Assembly (NCBI GenBank): GCA_008080745.1
Contig: SHMX01000006.1
Span: forward strand, 30,001-62,000
Direction: 5' to 3'
Source: Candidatus Thorarchaeota archaeon
Lineage (GTDB): Archaea > Asgardarchaeota > Thorarchaeia > Thorarchaeales > Thorarchaeaceae
Length of the DNA: 32,000 bases
Both the position numbers and the translations under genes were made by a program. Positions 1 to 5,741 of the stretch are shown in pieces. A model generated the notes under the pieces. It made no database searches. It saw only the letters and a list, made by a program, of their open reading frames with translations, and had not been told where the DNA came from. Position 1 is the stretch's first letter. The number at the start of each line of letters is the position of its first letter.

Positions 1-25
1 AAATACGAAAAAAAGAAGAAATCAT
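1..25 (-). terminator. Possible archaeal U-tract terminator
   Basis: The minus strand reads GATTTCTTCTTTTTTTCGTATTT just after the TAG of the 32..517 gene. Confidence 0.35.
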
Positions 26-31
26 AGCCGA

Positions 32-517
32 CTATTTCTCGTGGGCTCGTTTAGCTCCACCTAACCATTCATTAAATACAATAATTCGAAAATCATCAGT
101 AATATCCAGAGAATCGTCAACTATGGTTACAGCAGGATGTCCAAAACCATCTTCCTCAGCGTGAAGAAGACTTTCAAGACAGGCCTTGTACTTCTTTTGC
201 GCTTTGTCAAATTGATCCTCCGCAAATGTCCAACCTTTGAAGAGAACCCATTGATTTTGACCCAAGACTGGTTCAACTCTGACCTCAACTCTATAGTATA
301 TGCTTGTTTCCTCATCCTGCGTATCGACTACCTTTGCAATTCCAACACCCCAAGTCACATCAAATGATGTGATATCAGGTCTCCATTCAATCCATTCACG
401 TGTATGGTTTTCTGCGCTCAAAATAATCGCACTAAGGATAGTTGATTTCCTGATAGGTCTTTCTATAAAAATAGAGGGAAGAGGGAATCCCCTGTTACTC
501 GGTTGATCCCCATTCAC
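32..517 (-). CDS. Hypothetical soluble protein (161 aa)
   Basis: Open frame with globular, protein-like composition. The GTG start overlaps the last 23 nt of the upstream CBS-HPF gene, and a U-rich tract follows. No recognisable motif. Confidence 0.6.
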   Translation of the reverse strand: MNGDQPSNRGFPLPSIFIERPIRKSTILSAIILSAENHTREWIEWRPDITSFDVTWGVGIAKVVDTQDEETSIYYRVEVRVEPVLGQNQWVLFKGWTFAEDQFDKAQKKYKACLESLLHAEEDGFGHPAVTIVDDSLDITDDFRIIVFNEWLGGAKRAHEK

Positions 518-1715
518 TTCTTAGAATCTCTTTGATCTTCCGTTCAGCATACTCCTCATCCATATCTCGACCACGTCGGTCCTCAATATTTCTCTCAACT
601 TTATCGAGAGCGAATCTGAATGCTTCTTCAGGACTCCAAGCATCAGCAATACCATAGAACTGTCCCTGATGGGTATAGAATTGTAATTTACATTGAATGT
701 GTTGATCTCCTTTTGTTGCGGGTCCAAACCTTTTCATATGAACAAAGAGACCTCCAATTCCTACGGTGTCTTTATACTTCTGTGCAAAGGCGGTGAATTG
801 TTTTCTGATAATCTCACGTTCTCTCTCAGATATCTCGACATTTGGTTTAACTGTGAACTGAACTGTCACCTGTCTTTGTTCACGGACCTCCGATGCTAAA
901 GGTTGGAGAAAATCAAGCTTGGTCATAATCCCAACTAGTTGTTCATCGTGATCTACCACAGCGAGAGATGATATGTCATGACTCTGCATTTTATCAAAAG
1001 CATCTCTGAGAGAATCATCAGGTCTCACAGCTACTACTGGTGAGGACATAATATGACGAATCTCTATGTCCTGAAGATTTTTCGTCTCTCCGCTCCTCTC
1101 ACCATGACCTCCGTGATCTCTTGTACTACCAAAGCCACCTTCGGTCCGGTTTCTCCTTCGATATACAATGTCTATGACATCACGAAGACTTACAATACCT
1201 TCAGTCTGCCCATTCTTCACAACTGGAGCATGGGAGAAACCATGTTCTCTGAAAGTTGCGAGTAGTTGTCCAATCGTCTGACTAGGAAACATATAGACGG
1301 GGTTTTTCGTCATGACAACTGATACAGGATTGTTCCCCCAATCTTCTGCTATTATTCTTCCAATTATATCCTCTCGTGTGAGATATCCTTTGAGTCTTTC
1401 ACCTGAATAAACCGGAAGAATGGTGGCTCCGCTTTCAACCATCAATCGTGCTGCTTCAGCCAGAGCATCGTGTTCTTCAACTTTGGGAACTTTTCTAGTT
1501 AAATCCTTCACCTTTCTTTGTGAAGTGTCAATCTTTGATCTATCTAACCATCGTAATGATAACGTACCGGAATAATTTCCCTTCTCATCTTGTACAACTA
1601 ATGCGGGTAACGAACTATCCTTGAAATAACTAATTGCTTTTGCTAATAGAGCATCTTGTTCTATAATACCCAATTCTTCATCTGAGTATACATCTATAAC
1701 TTTGATTTCTGCCAT
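495..1715 (-). CDS. 4xCBS domain protein with C-terminal HPF/RaiA-like domain (ribosome hibernation factor candidate, Hib-type architecture)
   Basis: Four CBS repeats are visible (e.g. LPALVVQDEKGNYSGTLS, ILPVYSGERLKGYLTREDII, HAPVVKNGQTEGIVSLRDVI, SLAVVDHDEQLVGIMTKLDFL). The C-terminal ~100 aa (nt ~574-869) follow the HPF/RaiA pattern and end AFRFALDKVERNIE, compared with the typical AIDxAxDKLERQL. A GGAG SD lies 10 nt upstream of the ATG. Confidence 0.8.
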   Translation of the reverse strand: MAEIKVIDVYSDEELGIIEQDALLAKAISYFKDSSLPALVVQDEKGNYSGTLSLRWLDRSKIDTSQRKVKDLTRKVPKVEEHDALAEAARLMVESGATILPVYSGERLKGYLTREDIIGRIIAEDWGNNPVSVVMTKNPVYMFPSQTIGQLLATFREHGFSHAPVVKNGQTEGIVSLRDVIDIVYRRRNRTEGGFGSTRDHGGHGERSGETKNLQDIEIRHIMSSPVVAVRPDDSLRDAFDKMQSHDISSLAVVDHDEQLVGIMTKLDFLQPLASEVREQRQVTVQFTVKPNVEISEREREIIRKQFTAFAQKYKDTVGIGGLFVHMKRFGPATKGDQHIQCKLQFYTHQGQFYGIADAWSPEEAFRFALDKVERNIEDRRGRDMDEEYAERKIKEILRSEWGSTE

Positions 1716-1732
1716 ATGTTAAGTACTCCAAG

Positions 1733-1746
1733 ATAACTATAGTTAT
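1733..1746. promoter_or_regulatory. Perfect 14-bp palindrome ATAACTATAGTTAT, candidate operator
   Basis: The sequence is self-complementary and lies 17 nt upstream of the CBS-HPF start codon, between the upstream terminator and the SD. Confidence 0.35.
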
Positions 1747-1792
1747 TCCCCCTTTTGTATTCTCGGGTCTGAAATAATTTAGAGGCATGATT

Positions 1793-1831
1793 AAAAAAAA
1801 AAGAGTACCAGAGAGGAGAAATCTGGTACTC
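1793..1831 (-). terminator. Hairpin plus U10 intrinsic-type terminator closing the GTPase operon
   Basis: GAGTACCAGA (1803-1812) and TCTGGTACTC (1822-1831) form a perfect 10-bp stem with a 9-nt loop. On the minus strand it is followed immediately by 10 T (plus-strand A1793-1802), about 33 nt after the stop of 1865..3238. Confidence 0.75.
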
Positions 1832-1864
1832 CAAAGGAGAGAATAACGGACTTCACACGCATCT

Positions 1865-3238
1865 TTACATTGTCTTGGCAATCTTGTCTAGTCTACCTGT
1901 AATAGCCAACCAGAAAATCAGAAAGCTTACTATGGAAAGACCATAGGAGTAGTCTAATCCTGGAAAGGAGATAATCAGAACAGGTAATCGTATTGCAAAT
2001 ACTAGAAAAATTGCTAAACCAAGGCCAAATGGCCTCATTCTGCCGGGAACCTTTTCGTTGCGCATTCGCTTCCAGACACCCATGAACACGAAGGCTGGTA
2101 AAACCATGATCAGTATTGTTAAAATCATGAAAGGCAACAATGACAGAAATACCTCCGATAATGATGTTGGAAACATCATCACCATCATGATAGATATTGG
2201 AGCAAAGACTGCAAGGGGTATTACCGATGGATACCTATAACCAGCTGCCATAAGAGAAGCAATAGCAAGAAAGATGAGGGCATAAGCTGTTAGCAACAAT
2301 TCTAAGTAAAGTCCTGTTTGAAACTCAGAGAAACCAGAAGCTGCAAACATCCCAATGGTATGGCCGAGTGCAAAGAAAATGAAGCTCAACATTAGAATAA
2401 ATGTTGGTATCCTTCTACTTTCAGACCAACGACCGTAGAGATATACACCAGTCCCCATTGCTATGAGAACGGTTAGTGTGCTAAGACTGCCAACTATTAT
2501 GAAATATGGGTTAAATAAGAACCCACTAAGTTGAAGGTTAGCTAGGAACAAGATTGGTCCAGCAAAACTTATTCCATAACCAATCAGCTCTCCCGATATT
2601 TTCTGTTCCGGACGTAGAAATGCAAATGCGACCATTGCAGGTCCCATTAGAACAAGAGAAAGTAGAAACAAAGCGAGATTACCTGTTATGAAATCGATAT
2701 ACATAACCGGCAAACCAGCAATTTGAGTGAACAACATAAAAGCGAGAGCAAAGCTAGTACTCCGTTTTGTAGCCTTTGTAATATAGGTAAAAATAATGCC
2801 TACAAAAAGCAAAATAATCGCAGGGATAAGAGCACCAATGATATAGGTAATCACTGTGATAGTGGGAGAGATTAGTGCTAAATAGAACCCAATTAGAGTA
2901 ATCACAATAGTACTCAAAGGAAGAATGTAGATTCTTCTAGAGTTCAAGATGAGTGCTGATGCGACTCCTAGTAATATGACCTCAATAGCCAGGCCTAGGT
3001 AATAGAGTAAACGAAAATCAAGTAGGAATGCTACATTGGTCAAATCTTCAATATATAAACTGAACACACCCACAGCATAGATCATGAACGCAATAGACAC
3101 GATGTACAAAGGACGAAATGCGCTTCGTTCTTCAACATCAACTTGTTTTGATCGTCTTATACTATACTGAAGGATAATTATGGCAGCAATAACGATTGCT
3201 ACGCCCAGATAGAGTTGTATAACTTCAAATAACGCCAT
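1865..3238 (-). CDS. Polytopic membrane protein, ~15 TM helices, apparent tandem 7TM + linker + 7TM
   Basis: About 15 hydrophobic segments counted by eye. The halves show parallel spacing, with basic loops after TM1/TM9 (RRSK vs RWSESRR) and after TM5/TM13 (TKATKRSTSF vs KRMRNEKVPGRMRPF). An AGGTGA SD precedes the ATG, which is 12 nt from the upstream stop. Confidence 0.8.
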   Translation of the reverse strand: MALFEVIQLYLGVAIVIAAIIILQYSIRRSKQVDVEERSAFRPLYIVSIAFMIYAVGVFSLYIEDLTNVAFLLDFRLLYYLGLAIEVILLGVASALILNSRRIYILPLSTIVITLIGFYLALISPTITVITYIIGALIPAIILLFVGIIFTYITKATKRSTSFALAFMLFTQIAGLPVMYIDFITGNLALFLLSLVLMGPAMVAFAFLRPEQKISGELIGYGISFAGPILFLANLQLSGFLFNPYFIIVGSLSTLTVLIAMGTGVYLYGRWSESRRIPTFILMLSFIFFALGHTIGMFAASGFSEFQTGLYLELLLTAYALIFLAIASLMAAGYRYPSVIPLAVFAPISIMMVMMFPTSLSEVFLSLLPFMILTILIMVLPAFVFMGVWKRMRNEKVPGRMRPFGLGLAIFLVFAIRLPVLIISFPGLDYSYGLSIVSFLIFWLAITGRLDKIAKTM

Positions 3239-3250
3239 GTAAAATCACCT

Positions 3251-3694
3251 TTAAAACACAGTCTTTCCCCATTTACCTGCGGCCTTCTTGGCCTTGTCAA
3301 CCTGTGACTCAGACCATTTTCGAAGTCCTTCTTTGGATTCTTCACTCATAGACATATCATCAGTAACCATTTCTTGTATGAGATCAAGTATTCCTTCGTT
3401 AATGGTTTCATCTTTATCTTTGAGAAGCTGAATTACCTTCTTATTCTGCTCAACAGCATTATTTTCAGATGCTTTATGCAGTGTGATAACATGATACTTC
3501 TCAGATTTTCCGATGAGCAACTTTGTATCTCCAAACTTCAGCTCCTCAATCTCAGAGCCCTCTGATATTCGTCCTATGAACATCTGGATAGCAGATACAA
3601 ATCCGCCAAACATAGCTAGATCGCCTTCGATATGTTCCCAGCCCACTGCTGCTACAGGTTCACCAGCGTGAGTGACTAACATGATACCATTCAT
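3251..3694 (-). CDS. Stand-alone longin-like domain protein
   Basis: An N-terminal beta-hairpin (GIMLVTHAGEPV), then the helix DLAMFGGFVSAIQMF, then IEELKFGDTKLLI strands match the Asgard longin pattern. It has an acidic linker and a basic C-terminal helix. GAGGT-like SD. Confidence 0.7.
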   Translation of the reverse strand: MNGIMLVTHAGEPVAAVGWEHIEGDLAMFGGFVSAIQMFIGRISEGSEIEELKFGDTKLLIGKSEKYHVITLHKASENNAVEQNKKVIQLLKDKDETINEGILDLIQEMVTDDMSMSEESKEGLRKWSESQVDKAKKAAGKWGKTVF

Positions 3695-3737
3695 CTAGTA
3701 CTACCTCGGTTTATGACTGTGTAATCGTAAATTGAAT

Positions 3738-3992
3738 TCATAGTGATGACAACCAATCCTTTGTTTTGTCTATTGCATCACTCTCAGCAGCTTTGACTGC
3801 TGCTTCTACATCTCGAACGTGAAATTTTCCATCAACAAAAATCACGAGCTGATGATCTCTCTTACATTTTGTAGTGACCATTGCAGGAAGTCGTTTTGCT
3901 TCTTTTATTGCTGATTCTTCTATTTCTACGTCTACTAAAGTCCCATCACCACAGACAGGGCACTTGAATGGAGTTAACTCTACCTTTCCCAT
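3738..3992 (-). CDS. Small putative Zn-binding protein (CxxC...CxxxH), Asgard-type
   Basis: CPVC and CKRDH give four potential metal ligands, followed by LVIFVDGKFHVR. GGAGGT SD. It sits between the GTPase and longin genes. Confidence 0.75.
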   Translation of the reverse strand: MGKVELTPFKCPVCGDGTLVDVEIEESAIKEAKRLPAMVTTKCKRDHQLVIFVDGKFHVRDVEAAVKAAESDAIDKTKDWLSSL

Positions 3993-4046
3993 CTCAACGA
4001 CCTCCGAATTCTATCAGACACTCCAACAACGGTTTCATCTAAATCA

Positions 4047-4607
4047 CTACTCCATTGATTCAGCAAAAGGGCTGGATGCATCTCTGTCTTTATCGAGGAG
4101 CACCCTAGCAGCTAATTCAAACATCTCATTGATGCCTTCACCAGTTTTGGCTGAAACCTCCACAACTGAAGCACCATATGTATCGGCATAGGTCTGAGCA
4201 TATTCTAAAGAAACACCATCTTCAGTTCGCTCATCGATTTTGTTTCCAACAAACAGAATCTCACATTCTGACGCATTTTCTTTCAGTCTCTTTACCCAAT
4301 CATCTAAACGGTCTAAAGAGAAGGGACGAGTTGCGTCATATACAGCAATAGCAATCTTTGATCCTCTGAAATAATCCGTAACAACGTCTCGAAAACGTGG
4401 TTGGCCTCCTAAATCCCAAAGCATTAGTGTGACGTCTATGCCATCGACCTGAATCTTCTTGTTAGCAAAATTCACTCCGATAGTAATCTTCATATCTTCC
4501 TCAAAACGATCTTCGGTATATCGGAGGGCAATACTGGTTTTTCCTACACCGCCCTCTCCAATGAGTGTGCATTTGAATACCTTGCCAAAACTTCGTGTTG
4601 CTCTCAT
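4047..4607 (-). CDS. Rab-like small GTPase (Ras superfamily)
   Basis: G1 GEGGVGKT, G2 Thr in TIGVNF, G3 WDLGGQ, G4 NKID and G5 SAK are all present. RabF-like motifs IGVNF, RFRDVV, YFRGS and AVYDAT are seen. There is no C-terminal Cys prenylation motif. GAGGAG SD and a tandem TAG-TGA stop. Confidence 0.95.
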   Translation of the reverse strand: MRATRSFGKVFKCTLIGEGGVGKTSIALRYTEDRFEEDMKITIGVNFANKKIQVDGIDVTLMLWDLGGQPRFRDVVTDYFRGSKIAIAVYDATRPFSLDRLDDWVKRLKENASECEILFVGNKIDERTEDGVSLEYAQTYADTYGASVVEVSAKTGEGINEMFELAARVLLDKDRDASSPFAESME

Positions 4608-4711
4608 TATGTGTTTCTCCTCATTATTGAATACTGTTGGCCATCCTCAAGCCAAAAGCTGATTTTAATTTCAAAAGCCAAACTAAACCCACACTATGAT
4701 TGGAATACATC

Positions 4712-5509
4712 TTAGTCAGTACCTCCGGATTCACTACTAGTCATGTTAGCATCAATATCTTGAAATCCTTCACTAGAACGAATCAAGATCTCTTTCGTTT
4801 CCTGATATGATCTAACAAAATCATCATCATCTGACAAAAATACCAATGCGACTTGCTCGATTAGATTTGGATGATTTAGGAGGTATTCTGAATCTCCAAC
4901 CAGATGTTCTGCTAATTGTTGTACTGTCGCAGAAAGTAACCGTTCTTGTTCTATGAAAATTTCTTTCAAACGTCTCCGGTCTTTAGGTTTTGGGACTACA
5001 TCCCAACCATGTTTCAAAGTTTCGAGTACTTCCTCCACATCACTCGGAGATACACCCAAGTATTGGGAGATAAAGAATCTGGCAATGCTACGGTAGAATC
5101 TCGCACGAGGTTTCTTCGATCTATATCGAGCATCGCCCAATTGATGCTCCTTTATGAGACCGTGTTCGATCAGCTGATTCAAATGATAGTAACATTGCTG
5201 TTTTGTAGCTTTAAACTCGGGAAAACGCACATGCGCTGCCTCGTGAATCTCAGATACGGTCATCCAAAATCGTCTAGTTGGTGTACTTCGAGTCACATGA
5301 TGGGTTACACTCGTACCATCCTGTAGTGTTTTCTTCCTAACTTCACGTTCGATTTCAAAATCCAGAATACCTTCACAGAGAACACGTAGAATTTTTTGTC
5401 TAAGTGGGTGTTTGAGACTCTCCTCTTGAGCACGGGTCTTGAGACGAAATAATGTCTTTGGTGTATCGTTATTCTGCCACACCAAACTCATTTCCTGTTT
5501 TTGTGCCAT
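4712..5509 (-). CDS. Winged-helix (ArsR-like) transcription regulator with beta-hairpin insertion and helical C-terminal domain
   Basis: HPLRQKILRVL...MTVSEIHE...CYYHLNQLIEHGLI...ARFYRSIA is an ArsR-like wHTH pattern. A ~35-aa insertion lies between helix 1 and the HTH. AAGGAG SD. Confidence 0.75.
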   Translation of the reverse strand: MAQKQEMSLVWQNNDTPKTLFRLKTRAQEESLKHPLRQKILRVLCEGILDFEIEREVRKKTLQDGTSVTHHVTRSTPTRRFWMTVSEIHEAAHVRFPEFKATKQQCYYHLNQLIEHGLIKEHQLGDARYRSKKPRARFYRSIARFFISQYLGVSPSDVEEVLETLKHGWDVVPKPKDRRRLKEIFIEQERLLSATVQQLAEHLVGDSEYLLNHPNLIEQVALVFLSDDDDFVRSYQETKEILIRSSEGFQDIDANMTSSESGGTD

Positions 5510-5532
5510 TAGATAGTCTCCTTTTCAGTCAC

Positions 5533-5569
5533 ACGTTTTTATTAAAATCAATTTTAATAACAAAAACGT
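5533..5569. promoter_or_regulatory. Inverted repeat in divergent promoter, candidate operator
   Basis: Perfect core TTATTAAAAT-CA-ATTTTAATAA (5539-5560), flanked by ACGTTTTT (5533-5540) and AAAAACGT (5562-5569). It lies in the very AT-rich 5510-5741 spacer between two divergent wHTH genes. Confidence 0.55.
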
Positions 5570-5741
5570 TATAATATAAGTGTTTTTAATTGGTATAATT
5601 ATTAGTAAACACAGTATTAATTTTTAATTTTTCAATTAAATGGATATTTACTAAATCCTATAGGTTTTTATTGCTGTATGTAATGGTAGACACGTCTATC
5701 GCTATTCTCTGAAAATAATACACCACCACCACACCAAGAGG

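Noticed and set aside
3874-4191. 105-aa plus-strand ORF (also 4946..5326, 9526..9849, 13910..14338, 19912..20214, 22338..22634, 24103..24393, 26874..27143 and other short ORFs)
   Set aside because: These are antisense or alternate-frame shadows of well-supported genes. They have atypical composition and no motifs.
4648-4684. Short direct repeat AAGCCAAA x2 upstream of the GTPase operon
   Set aside because: Only 8 bp in AT-rich DNA. It cannot be distinguished from chance without comparative data.
5721-5735. CAC triplet run before the wHTH-PAS start
   Set aside because: Too short to be a credible phase-variable tract, and it is non-coding.
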